NCBI GenBank assembly: GCA_963931305.1
Contig: OZ006994.1
Coordinates: 218,955-282,954 of the forward strand
From: an uncultured Bacilli bacterium
GTDB lineage: Bacteria; Bacillota_I; Bacilli_A; RF39; UBA660
Length of the DNA stretch: 64,000 nt
Direction of reading: 5' to 3'
Shown here: piece after piece, positions 1 to 9,452 of the stretch
Position numbering within the stretch: position 1 is the stretch's first letter
How the letters are laid out: each line of letters opens with the position of its first letter
Notes under the pieces: generated by a model
What the model was told of the DNA's origin: nothing
The model's input: the letters and a program-made list of their open reading frames with translations, nothing else
Database searches by the model: none
Made by a program: the position numbers and the translations under genes

Positions 1-83
1 TTATGTCAAATTAAAAAATTTTAATATTTTTTATACATTTACGAATGATTAGAATATTGGTATAATATGTTTGAGGTGAAAAT

Positions 84-440
84 ATGAACCAAGTAAAAAT
101 TGAACGTGTCAACAGTTTATTAGAAAAAGAAATTAGTACGATATTAATGATGGAAGTAAAAGATCCTGATATTCGTTTTGTTACCGTTACAAAAGTAAGT
201 ACGACCAATGATTTAAGTTATGCGAAAGTATATGTTACAGTAATGAGAGATGATAAAAAAGAAGAGACATTAAAAGCATTAAAAGATGCCAAAGGATTTA
301 TTCGTAAAGAATTAATGGATCGTGTTGAATTAAGACATATCCCAGAGTTACAATTTGTCTATGATGATTCTATTGCTTATGGACAAAAAATAGAATCTAT
401 TATCGATGAATTACATGAAGAAGAAAATAAAAATGAATAA
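84..440 (+). CDS. rbfA: ribosome-binding factor A
   Basis: 118 aa with typical RbfA length and sequence (KIERVNSLLEKEIS...VTVTKVxxTxDLSYAKVYV); GAGGTG RBS 6 nt upstream. Confidence 0.85.
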   Translation: MNQVKIERVNSLLEKEISTILMMEVKDPDIRFVTVTKVSTTNDLSYAKVYVTVMRDDKKEETLKALKDAKGFIRKELMDRVELRHIPELQFVYDDSIAYGQKIESIIDELHEEENKNE

Positions 441-457
441 AAATATAGATAGAAAGT

Positions 458-1048
458 GTGATTATAGTGTATTGTGAAAAATGTGGATATTTATTAGATG
501 ACAGTGCTAAATTTTGTCCAAATTGTGGTAATAGCGTTGCAAGACCACAAATAACAGCCATGACAGAAGAAATAACTGATACAGAGATACAATTAATAAT
601 AAGACCAGTTTTTAAACTTGGTTATCAATGTATGGTACCTTTATTTGTTCTATTATTTTTTCTTATCACGTCTATTCCAACGTTTATTTATATAAATAAT
701 TTTCAAATTATATGTATGATCGGTGGAATGTTTTATGGCTTTATGTTGTTTGCAACGGCAATTATGTTAATAATAAATAAGAAAAAGTATGATGGTACTT
801 GTTATGATTTTTATAAAACAAAAGTGATTTATCGATATGACTTTTTAAATTTTTCTGAAAAAGAAGTGAAATATAAACATATAAAAGAAGTCACAATGCG
901 TCAATCAGTAATACAAAAATATTTTAATATAGGAGATATTATTTTGTTTACAAATGCTGAAGCTGGATATCATAATGGAATTTATATACATGATGTAGAA
1001 AATGTTCAACAAGTATATAAAGATATAAAATCTATTATTGGAGTTTAG
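458..1048 (+). CDS. zinc-ribbon (CxxC...CxxC) membrane protein with C-terminal bacterial PH-like (bPH_2/DUF304-like) domain
   Basis: N-terminal CEKCG...CPNCG zinc ribbon, two hydrophobic helices, C-terminal DFYKTKVIYRYDFLNFSEKEV...GDIILFTNAEAG resembling bPH_2; GTG start, exact start uncertain (458 or 467). Confidence 0.5.
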   Translation: MIIVYCEKCGYLLDDSAKFCPNCGNSVARPQITAMTEEITDTEIQLIIRPVFKLGYQCMVPLFVLLFFLITSIPTFIYINNFQIICMIGGMFYGFMLFATAIMLIINKKKYDGTCYDFYKTKVIYRYDFLNFSEKEVKYKHIKEVTMRQSVIQKYFNIGDIILFTNAEAGYHNGIYIHDVENVQQVYKDIKSIIGV

Positions 1049-1057
1049 GAGAATCAT

Positions 1058-1654
1058 ATGTTTTGTAGAAATTGTGGCACAAAAATTGATCATGTTTTAA
1101 ACTTTTGTCCTCAATGTGGTACTCGTATCGATGCGAAACAAAGTGAAAATCATTTCACAACTGAAGAAGATGATATAAAATTTCGATTAAAACCAAAGTT
1201 TCATGCATTATATAAAATTGTTAATAATTTTCAAAGTTTGATTTCCTATATACTATTTCTTTGTTTACTAGCCGAAGTAATTCAATGGTGGGAATTTTTA
1301 GGTGGTATATGTATCTATTCTTTGATAAAATTAATCTTTTCTAAAAAACAATACGATCATTTAGAATATAATTTTTATAATACAAAAATGGAATATAGTG
1401 ATAATTTCTTGAACCGAGAAGAAAAAGTAATTGAATATAAATATGTAAGAGAAATAGAAATATCACAAACATTTTTAGAAAGATTATTTCGTATAGGAAC
1501 AATTATCATTTTTACGAATGCATCATCAAATTATCAAAATTATGAAAGAAATCATAGTAGTATGAAAGGTAGAAATGGTATATATATTCATTGCGTAGAT
1601 AATATTTATGAACAATATAAGAAAATAAAACAAATCATTGATGAGAACAGATAA
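1058..1654 (+). CDS. paralogue of the upstream zinc-ribbon/bPH-like membrane protein (tandem duplicate)
   Basis: Same architecture: CRNCG...CPQCG, TM helices, NFYNTKMEYSDNFLNREEKVIEYKYVREIEISQ...GTIIIFTNASS; GGAG RBS. Confidence 0.5.
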   Translation: MFCRNCGTKIDHVLNFCPQCGTRIDAKQSENHFTTEEDDIKFRLKPKFHALYKIVNNFQSLISYILFLCLLAEVIQWWEFLGGICIYSLIKLIFSKKQYDHLEYNFYNTKMEYSDNFLNREEKVIEYKYVREIEISQTFLERLFRIGTIIIFTNASSNYQNYERNHSSMKGRNGIYIHCVDNIYEQYKKIKQIIDENR

Positions 1655-1885
1655 GATAGATATTTTTAGTAATACAAATTGTATTACTTTTTTTTGCAAT
1701 AAGAGTGAAAGAAAAAGAAATTCTAATATCGTTAAAAGGAGAGTATACATAGAAGTGAAATAACTCGTGATAATATCTGGGTCATTTTTATATCATTTCA
1801 AAAGCTGGCTGGTAATAAGTTTCTTATGTTTGACATTTTTTCTTTTCCTTGATAAAATAGCGCTTACGTGAAAAGAGTGGGAATT

Positions 1886-3391
1886 ATGGAAGTTTTAGAT
1901 GTAGCACTTGCAGGATGTCGAGATAATATGATTACTGATAAGAAAATAGTAAGTGAAATGCAATATGATGATTTAAAATCGGAGCTTATGTATTATTTAA
2001 AATGTTATATGAATGTAATTGAAAAGCTTTCTAAACATGTTGAATATACGGAAGAAACACTTAAGTTATTACAGGAATTGTGTAGTGATGTAAAATCATT
2101 TCTTGCCAAAGTAGCACGTTTAGATGAAAAACAACAAAAAATGTTATCAGAATGTATTTCATATCATGAAATTTTAGAGATTCAAGAAAGATTAAAAGAG
2201 CCAGATAGTATTTTTAAAACAACTTTTAGCTTCTTTTTAATGGAACACTTTTTAGAATATTATAATATAGTACTAGATGTTCAAAAGCAACAAAAGAAAG
2301 TGAAGAAAAAATTGCTTTCATCATACAAAAAAATAAGTACTATCATAGAAATATTAGAGCAAAATGAATATTATCATTTTTCCAAAAAGAATCGTGAAGC
2401 AATATTGAGTGTGTTTAAATTTTTTGATGATAAAGATAAAGAATATTTAACACAACTTGCTCGTCGTTTTTTCGAATTGTCTGATCTGAAATATGAAGAA
2501 GGGCAAATAGAGAAAAAAATAGAACAAAAGAAACAAGATGAAGCCAAAAGATACGTTTTGGAGAAAAAGCCTATTCAAGCAGAAGTACTAAAGTCAGAAG
2601 AAAAAGTTTTAGATAATATATCAGAGGAATATGTAGAAGATGTGATCTATGAACAAGATAAGGAAACATATTGGTATCATTTGACACACTTAGAATCATT
2701 AGAACAAGTTTCTAAGGTATTACCACAACATGATTATTCTAATTATCGAGAAGTTATGAAATATTTATTGGAACGTTTAGATCAAGAAATTCAAGAGTAT
2801 ATAGAAATGTCCGAAGCAATGGAAGATGAAGTAATTGATCAACAAATTATATTTTTATCTAATTTATTTGAAATATTACGTCAAGATTTTAAGACATATT
2901 ATCAAAAAGAGGGAAAACAAGTACTAGTAGAAGATTTAGATTTAAAGAAAAATCATTTGTTCTTTGTTGAAAAAGCATCTGGTGTGCCATATTTTATGTC
3001 TGATATAAAGCGTAGTGATTTTACAAAAGAGCGTTTGGTAGCTGTAAAAAAATTATTGTTACAAGTAGAGAACAATACATATCCTCGAGATGAGGTACAT
3101 TTCCGTAAAATTGCCAATAATCATAAGATTAATCGATTTTTTCCTATTTATGAGTTAAAAGAGTATCAAACTAGAATTTTATTTACCTATCTTGGAAAAG
3201 GAAATATTGCAATTTTAATGGCTTTTTGTAAGAAGACAGATAATTCATTTTCTATTTTAAATAGCATTGCAAATCGAATGGCTGATTGTTCTACCCGTGT
3301 GGAAGAATTAAAGAGTCAAATTCAAAATGATATATTAGATGAATCATATTTAGAACAACAAGAGGAATTTGTGAAACAATTGACGAAATAA
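1886..3391 (+). CDS. large alpha-helical hypothetical protein with C-terminal RelE/HigB (Gp49/DUF891)-like toxin-fold motif
   Basis: Six-frame ORF 1868-3391; ATG at 1886 preceded by AAGAGTGGG; C-terminus NRFFPIYELKEYQTRILFTYLGKGNIAILMAFCKKTDN matches the HigB/Gp49 consensus (R-I-hY...dG..IVLLhGF.KKT). Confidence 0.45.
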   Translation: MEVLDVALAGCRDNMITDKKIVSEMQYDDLKSELMYYLKCYMNVIEKLSKHVEYTEETLKLLQELCSDVKSFLAKVARLDEKQQKMLSECISYHEILEIQERLKEPDSIFKTTFSFFLMEHFLEYYNIVLDVQKQQKKVKKKLLSSYKKISTIIEILEQNEYYHFSKKNREAILSVFKFFDDKDKEYLTQLARRFFELSDLKYEEGQIEKKIEQKKQDEAKRYVLEKKPIQAEVLKSEEKVLDNISEEYVEDVIYEQDKETYWYHLTHLESLEQVSKVLPQHDYSNYREVMKYLLERLDQEIQEYIEMSEAMEDEVIDQQIIFLSNLFEILRQDFKTYYQKEGKQVLVEDLDLKKNHLFFVEKASGVPYFMSDIKRSDFTKERLVAVKKLLLQVENNTYPRDEVHFRKIANNHKINRFFPIYELKEYQTRILFTYLGKGNIAILMAFCKKTDNSFSILNSIANRMADCSTRVEELKSQIQNDILDESYLEQQEEFVKQLTK

Positions 3392-3439
3392 GATGCATAT
3401 GTTATGATATGTACATATTAATTCTACAGGGAATGATTC

Positions 3440-3625
3440 TAAGTAGAAAAGATATTGGTAAAAAGAGAACTTATGGTTGGTGAAAATAAGTCAAGATATT
3501 TTTTTGAAATACAAATCAGGAGTAGAAAGCGTAATCTCGCGTTAAGAGAAGAGTGCATAAAGTATTTTATGAATTAAGGTGGTACCGCGGTTATTTCGCC
3601 CTTAAAACATGAAATACTTTTTTAT
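3440..3625 (+). promoter_or_regulatory. T-box riboswitch leader of tyrS
   Basis: Canonical T-box sequence AATTAAGGTGGTACCGCGG at 3572-3590 followed by a U-rich tract before the tyrS RBS; tyrS is a classic T-box-regulated gene in Firmicutes. Confidence 0.6.
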
Positions 3626-3640
3626 TTTAGGAGGGATAAT

Positions 3641-4876
3641 ATGACATTATATGAAGAATTAATGTGGCGTGGGTTGATTAAAGACGTTGCAGGAGAAGAT
3701 TTACAAAAAAAATTAGATGAGGAAAAGATTACTTTTTACTGGGGGACAGATCCAACTGCAGATAGTTTACATTTGGGACACTATTCTTCTTTAGTGACTG
3801 CAAAACGTTTAGCAAATGCGGGACATCATCCTATTTTATTAGTTGGTGGAGCAACAGGTTTAATTGGAGATCCAAGACCTACTGCGGAAAGAGAATTGAT
3901 TTCTAAAAAAACAGTAGAGAAGAACTTAGAAGGAATTCGTAATCAAGTTAGTAAAATTTTTGATGGGAAAGCAGAAGTAGTAAATAACTATGATTGGACA
4001 AAAGATATTAGTTTTTTAGATTTCTTAAGAGATGTTGGTAAATATCTTAATGTAAATTATATGTTGAATAAAGATATTATTCATCGTCGTTTAGATACGG
4101 GAATTACTTATGCAGAATTTTCTTATACATTAATTCAGGGAAATGATTTCTTACATTTGTTTCAAGAAAAGAATTGCATTATGCAAGTAGAAGGTTCTGA
4201 TCAATGGGGAAATATTACAACAGGAATTGATTTAATTAAGAAGAAATTAAATAAGACTGCTTATGGATTTACCATGCCTTTAATTTTAGATAAGTATGGA
4301 AATAAATTTGGTAAGAGTGAAGGAAATGCTCTATGGTTAGATAAAAATAAAACATCATCTTATGAATTATATCAATATTTAATTAATACAGATGATGAAA
4401 TGGTAATTCATTATTTAAAAGTCTTTACATTCTTATCAAAAGAAGAAATTGAAAAAATTGAAAAAGAGCAATTACAACACCCAGAAAGTCGTGTTGCACA
4501 AAAAGCATTAGCTCGTGAAATTATTACGGATTTACATGGAAAAGAAGAATTTGAAAAAGCTGAAGAAATGAGTCAATTATTATTTAGTGGTAATATTCAA
4601 AAGTTATCTGTAAATGATTTAAAAATTGGTTTAAAAGATGTACCTCATTTTAATATTACGGAAGAAATGAATTTAGTTGAATTTTTAGTAAATTATAAGA
4701 TTGCTAGTAGTAAAAGAGAAGCACGTGAATGGATTACAGCGGGTAGTATTACAGTTAATGGAAAAAGAGTGACTGATTTAGATTTTATTGTTTCTAAAGA
4801 GTCTGCTTTAGAACAAACGTTGACAATCATTCGTCGTGGTAAGAAAAAATATTATGTTGGTACATGGAATGAATGA
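3641..4876 (+). CDS. tyrS: tyrosyl-tRNA synthetase
   Basis: HIGH motif (HLGHY), KMSKS variant (KFGKS), C-terminal S4 domain; 411 aa; GGAGGG RBS. Confidence 0.95.
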   Translation: MTLYEELMWRGLIKDVAGEDLQKKLDEEKITFYWGTDPTADSLHLGHYSSLVTAKRLANAGHHPILLVGGATGLIGDPRPTAERELISKKTVEKNLEGIRNQVSKIFDGKAEVVNNYDWTKDISFLDFLRDVGKYLNVNYMLNKDIIHRRLDTGITYAEFSYTLIQGNDFLHLFQEKNCIMQVEGSDQWGNITTGIDLIKKKLNKTAYGFTMPLILDKYGNKFGKSEGNALWLDKNKTSSYELYQYLINTDDEMVIHYLKVFTFLSKEEIEKIEKEQLQHPESRVAQKALAREIITDLHGKEEFEKAEEMSQLLFSGNIQKLSVNDLKIGLKDVPHFNITEEMNLVEFLVNYKIASSKREAREWITAGSITVNGKRVTDLDFIVSKESALEQTLTIIRRGKKKYYVGTWNE

Positions 4877-5552
4877 GAAAATTACTTGGGTGGATAAAAT
4901 TGATACCACACTTCCAATTTTTCACGAAAGTGACGACAGCATTATTTATCAATTAAATTCTGAACGTTTAGTAAAAATATATAAAGAAAATGTTAGTCTA
5001 GATAAAAAAGCCCGTATTGCGAAAGTCGTACAATATTTCTTAAACTATCCATCTAAAAAAGATATGGTTCCAATAAAAGCATGGTTATCGAATGATGGAT
5101 TTATCGGATATGAGATGTTATGGGAACATCAGTATCAACCTTTATCAAGTCAATTACAAACACTTGATCAAGTAGCATTAGAAAATTTGTTATATCAAAT
5201 AGAGCAGGAATGTCATGAACATAACCAGGAATATATTTATACAGATATTGATGTTGATAATATTTTATATTGGAATGGTCATATCAAATGGATTGATTTT
5301 GATGATTGTTTGATTACGAATACATTAAGTGAATATGATAAGAAGAAGGGATTAGAACATCAACAGAGCGTATTTCGTTTATTTGCATTATCTCTTTTAT
5401 ATCATGTTTCATTAGAAGATATTTATTATGTAGAAAGAACTGATCAATTATCTTTAGAACAAAAAGAACAGATTCGTGAAATCCTTGCAGGTCATCATCA
5501 TTCTTTAGATACATTACTTGAACATTATCATTTTTTGAATAGACAAAAATAA
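4854..5552 (+). CDS. hypothetical protein, possibly protein-kinase-like (phosphotransferase) fold
   Basis: ORF overlaps the tyrS stop; IYTDIDVDNILYWNGHIKWIDFDD resembles a kinase catalytic loop and DFG-like region (HGDxxxxNIL...DFG); start uncertain (4854 or 4869). Confidence 0.3.
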   Translation: MLVHGMNEKITWVDKIDTTLPIFHESDDSIIYQLNSERLVKIYKENVSLDKKARIAKVVQYFLNYPSKKDMVPIKAWLSNDGFIGYEMLWEHQYQPLSSQLQTLDQVALENLLYQIEQECHEHNQEYIYTDIDVDNILYWNGHIKWIDFDDCLITNTLSEYDKKKGLEHQQSVFRLFALSLLYHVSLEDIYYVERTDQLSLEQKEQIREILAGHHHSLDTLLEHYHFLNRQK

Positions 5553-5578
5553 AGGAAGCAAATGCTTCCTCTTTTTTA
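5553..5578. terminator. bidirectional rho-independent terminator between the 4854 ORF and rpsD
   Basis: GGAAGCAAATGCTTCC hairpin flanked by A-run and T-run. Confidence 0.5.
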
Positions 5579-6178
5579 ACGGTTATAGAATTCAACAATT
5601 AATGCTTCTTTGATTTCTGGGTTTAATTCGCTTCTTTCTGGATATCTTACATAAGTTGCACTCATGTTCTTTTCATCATAAGTAATGAATTCAACACGTT
5701 TATTAACAGCTTCTAAGCTAGCTTTAATTGCTGGATGTTCTTTTGAATTTTCTTTTACAGCAATTACATCACCAGGTTTTACTTGGTAAGATGGAATATC
5801 TACTTTCTTACCATTTACTGTAATATGTCCATGGTTTACTAATTGTCTAGCTCCTCTTCTTGTTGTAGCAAATCCAATACGATAAACTAAGTTATCTAAA
5901 CGACTTTCTAAAAGTTTTAGTAAGTCTTCACCGTGAACTCCTTTTAATTTTCCAGCCATTTCAAATGTTTTTCTAAATTGTTTTTCTGTTAACCCATACA
6001 TATATCTAACTTTTTGTTTTTCTTGAAGTTGTTCTCCATAGTTAGATAATTTTTTCTTACGATCTTGTCCATGAGCTCCAGGTCCGTAAGGTTTCTTAGC
6101 TAATTCTTTTCCTGTTTCAGTAGTAGAGAAACCAACACGACGTGCTCTTCTGTACTCAGATCCTGTGTATCTTGCCAT
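5576..6178 (-). CDS. rpsD: 30S ribosomal protein S4
   Basis: 200 aa [16 protein letters not shown]...S4 domain; unmistakable; ~280-nt leader upstream (6179-6460), the expected position of the S4 autoregulatory leader. Confidence 0.95.
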   Translation of the reverse strand: MARYTGSEYRRARRVGFSTTETGKELAKKPYGPGAHGQDRKKKLSNYGEQLQEKQKVRYMYGLTEKQFRKTFEMAGKLKGVHGEDLLKLLESRLDNLVYRIGFATTRRGARQLVNHGHITVNGKKVDIPSYQVKPGDVIAVKENSKEHPAIKASLEAVNKRVEFITYDEKNMSATYVRYPERSELNPEIKEALIVEFYNR

Positions 6179-6470
6179 ACTTTTCCTCCTTCTTACGTAG
6201 TTTCAAAGAGGAGATAACATTCAAGATTAGGGTGTTTATTTAAATCGTTTCGCTTGGCAGCAAAGTTACTACAACCCACTCGGTAATAAACACATTAACC
6301 TGCTTGTTATCAAGCTGCTCTTTTCGTTCATACGCATACATAATTATATGATAAAAGGCCTTGAAAGTCAACAGAAAATTATCGATACTTTACATATTTC
6401 ACAAAAATTAGACAAAATATTGCAAAAAAAGACACGAGTGTGATATAGTTATACTAACGAGGTGATACAA

Positions 6471-8189
6471 GTGAATAGTCTTACTTTAATGATTTTGACA
6501 ATATATGTAATAACTATTATACTTGTTGTTTTCGTACTGAATTTAATTCAAAATAAGAAAAACAAAAAGTTAAAACATCATTTAGAAGAGTTAGAAATAG
6601 AGAAAAATGAAATTGATTCTGCACCGATTGCTCCAGAACTATCGAAAGTAGAAACTTTTTTAAAAAATGAGAGTGTAGAAGCAATGTATGAGAAGTGGAA
6701 AAATCGTTTAGATGATATTAAAAATCATCAAATTCCTAAAATTACAGACATGTTATTAGAAGCTGATTATTCTCTTTCTAAAATGGATTATAAAAGTACT
6801 CTTTATAAGATTGCAAAATTAGAGATGGAATTATATAAAGTAAAAGCTAATTCAGAATTTCTATTGGGAGAAATCCGTTCTATTACGACGAGTGAAGAAA
6901 AGAACCGTGGTATTATTACAAAATTAAAGACTAAATACCGTGAGTTATATGAGAAGTTTGTCGCAACTCGTACAGAGTTTGGAGAAGCTGAAAATGCAGT
7001 TCAAAATCAATTCGCAACGATTGCTAAAATGTTTGAAAAGTTTGAACTTGTAATGGATAAGAATCAATATACGGAAGTAACACAAGTTATGAAAGTAATC
7101 GATAATTCTTTAAAACATATGGAAATTGTAGTGGAAGAAGTACCGAGTATTGAATTATTAGCGACGAGTATTTTACCTAAGAAAATGGCTGAATCGATGG
7201 AAATTTATAAAAATATGGTTAGTATGGGTTATCCTCTTGACTATTTAAATGTTGAATATAACATTGAAGAAGCCAATAAAAAAATTGCGGATATTAGAAA
7301 ACGTGTACAGAAATTAAATTTAGAAGATAGTTTATTTGAATTAAAAATATTATTAGAATATTTTGAACAATTATATCAAGACTTTGAAAAAGAAAAACAA
7401 GAGCGTAGTATTTTTGAAAATGCAAGTAATACATTTAAAAATAAACTCAATCGTATGAATCGTTTAGTAGAAGATATTTTTGCTAAGTTTGATAATATTA
7501 AAAGTACATATCATTTATCTAATGATGATGTGACTGTATTAAATGAAGTAAGAGAAAAATTAGGTGTTTTAAACCATGATTTTGAAGTATTTCAAGAACA
7601 TACAGGCAATCATACATTTGCTTATTCTAAATTAACACATGAAGTAGAATTATTAACCAATCGTTTAGTGGCTTTACAAGAACGTTTAGATGAAACACTA
7701 GAAGTCATTGGTGGTATGAAAGCAGATGAGGTAAGAGCACGTGAACAATTAGATGAAGTAAGAAGTATTTTAAAAGAATCTAAATTAAAAATTCGCGATT
7801 ATAATTTACCAGTGATTCCAAATACATATTTTGTAGAATTAAAAGAGGCAGGAGCTGCTATTAAAGAAATTGTAAAAGAATTAGATAAAAAACCAATTAT
7901 GATTACAACATTAAATACAAGAGTTGATACAGCCCGTGACTTAGTTTTAAAATTATACATGACGACAAAAGAATTAGTAAAAACAGCCATGTTTGCAGAA
8001 ATGGCAATTGTATATGGAAATCGTTATCGTAGTTCGGTAGAAGGTTTAGATAAGAAGTTAACTTATTCTGAAGTGTTATTTTATAAAGGAGAATATCATA
8101 AATCATTAGAACTTACAATTAATTGTTTAAATCGAATTGATCCTGGTATTTACGATAAGTTATTAAAATTGTATGGTAATGAGAAGTAG
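6471..8189 (+). CDS. ezrA: septation ring formation regulator EzrA-like protein
   Basis: ~570 aa, single N-terminal TM helix then long coiled-coil repeats, EzrA-typical size and architecture; start chosen at GTG 6471 after a GAGGTGA RBS (ORF track starts at 6462). Confidence 0.55.
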   Translation: MNSLTLMILTIYVITIILVVFVLNLIQNKKNKKLKHHLEELEIEKNEIDSAPIAPELSKVETFLKNESVEAMYEKWKNRLDDIKNHQIPKITDMLLEADYSLSKMDYKSTLYKIAKLEMELYKVKANSEFLLGEIRSITTSEEKNRGIITKLKTKYRELYEKFVATRTEFGEAENAVQNQFATIAKMFEKFELVMDKNQYTEVTQVMKVIDNSLKHMEIVVEEVPSIELLATSILPKKMAESMEIYKNMVSMGYPLDYLNVEYNIEEANKKIADIRKRVQKLNLEDSLFELKILLEYFEQLYQDFEKEKQERSIFENASNTFKNKLNRMNRLVEDIFAKFDNIKSTYHLSNDDVTVLNEVREKLGVLNHDFEVFQEHTGNHTFAYSKLTHEVELLTNRLVALQERLDETLEVIGGMKADEVRAREQLDEVRSILKESKLKIRDYNLPVIPNTYFVELKEAGAAIKEIVKELDKKPIMITTLNTRVDTARDLVLKLYMTTKELVKTAMFAEMAIVYGNRYRSSVEGLDKKLTYSEVLFYKGEYHKSLELTINCLNRIDPGIYDKLLKLYGNEK

Positions 8190-8228
8190 TGTTATCACTA
8201 CTTTTTTTAAAAGAAATGAGGGGAATAT

Positions 8229-8441
8229 ATGAATGAGATATATGATAAAATTGTCGATGAGGCAGAAGAACGTGATGTTTTAAACGATATTGAAACACCA
8301 GAGAATAAATTATTGTCAGAAACGTTGGAACAATTAGAAGAAAAAGATTATTTAGAATGTTTTATGGAAGAAACAGACTATGATAATTTTCAAAATAAAT
8401 GTGATGATTATTCCAACGAGAATATAAATAAAGAAAGATAG
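8229..8441 (+). CDS. small acidic hypothetical protein
   Basis: 70-aa ORF with GAGGGG RBS; highly acidic. Confidence 0.3.
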   Translation: MNEIYDKIVDEAEERDVLNDIETPENKLLSETLEQLEEKDYLECFMEETDYDNFQNKCDDYSNENINKER

Positions 8442-8494
8442 TGTACTTCTCATAATGAATAAAATTCGTTATACTATTAAGTAGGTGATATCAA

Positions 8495-9352
8495 ATGCGT
8501 ACAAAGAAACCATTATCTCGTGTTGCTCGTCGCAAAAAGCTTAGAAGAAAAAGATATATATTAATTGCTAGTTTTTGGGTTTCTGTTCTTGTGTTTTCTT
8601 TTTCTATCTTTTTTTTGTGGAATTGGTTCCAAGATAATCAAAAAATTGATAAATTGGCAAAAGAAACAGTGAAGACAGTAGAAAAAAAAGAAAAGAAAGA
8701 TAATCAGAAAACGGAGATTATAAATCCTCCAGAAGAAAATAAAAAAGATGATTATTGGGATTATATTAAAATGAATTTATTAGAAGTGAATTTTAATGAA
8801 TTGTTAAGTAAAAATCCAGATACAGTAGGATGGATTGAAGTAAAGGGAACGAATATCAATTATCCAATTGTACAGACAACAAATAACGAATACTATTTAA
8901 ATCATGCGTTTGATAAAACCAAGAATGATGCTGGTTGGGTATTTATGGATTATCGTAATGATGCGAAACAATTCGATCAAAATACCATTATCTATGCTCA
9001 TAGTCGCTATAATAAAACGATGTTTGGAAGTTTAAAAAATATTTTATCTAGTTCTTGGTATAACAATAAGAATCATCATATTATTCGTATGTCAACACCA
9101 ACTGAAAATACAATGTGGCAAGTATTTAGTGTATATACCATTGCTGCTGAAAGTTATTATATTACTCCTAATTTTTCTGATACAAATAGTTACCAAACAT
9201 TTTTGAATACCTTAAAAAGTAGAAGTGAAGTACAGTTTTCTGCAAATTTAAATACGAATGATAAAATATTGACATTGTCAACCTGTCAAGATAATTTTGG
9301 ACATCGTGTTGTAATGCATGCGAAACTGATAAAAAGGGAGACACGTACTTGA
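8495..9352 (+). CDS. srtB: class B sortase
   Basis: N-terminal TM anchor, catalytic His (IIYAHS), TLSTC active-site cysteine motif, conserved Arg (RVVMHAKL); SrtB-like length. Confidence 0.85.
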   Translation: MRTKKPLSRVARRKKLRRKRYILIASFWVSVLVFSFSIFFLWNWFQDNQKIDKLAKETVKTVEKKEKKDNQKTEIINPPEENKKDDYWDYIKMNLLEVNFNELLSKNPDTVGWIEVKGTNINYPIVQTTNNEYYLNHAFDKTKNDAGWVFMDYRNDAKQFDQNTIIYAHSRYNKTMFGSLKNILSSSWYNNKNHHIIRMSTPTENTMWQVFSVYTIAAESYYITPNFSDTNSYQTFLNTLKSRSEVQFSANLNTNDKILTLSTCQDNFGHRVVMHAKLIKRETRT

Positions 9353-9452
9353 CATTTGCAAACAAAATTCGATTGATTTTTTATATTTACTCTAGTATAC
9401 TTAAAATAGATAGGCGAGAATGTTTATCTTGGAAAGGTAAAGGAGGAAAATC

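Noticed and set aside
11-208. 65-aa antisense ORF overlapping the rbfA start
   Set aside because: Low-complexity AT-rich translation with no RBS; it overlaps a well-supported gene. Other embedded or antisense ORFs were dropped for the same reason: 905-1093(-), 1526-1750(-), 5314-5598(-), 7799-8106(-), 9168-9365(-), 9518-9769(-), 9995-10204(-), 14546-14842(-), 14984-15214(-), 15689-15940(-), 21887-22102(-), 25605-26057(-), 27412-27777(-), 29351-29624(-), 32538-32756(-), 39090-39299(-), 48261-48455(-), 51211-51414(-), 54256-54453(-), 57353-57538(-), 59061-59249(+).
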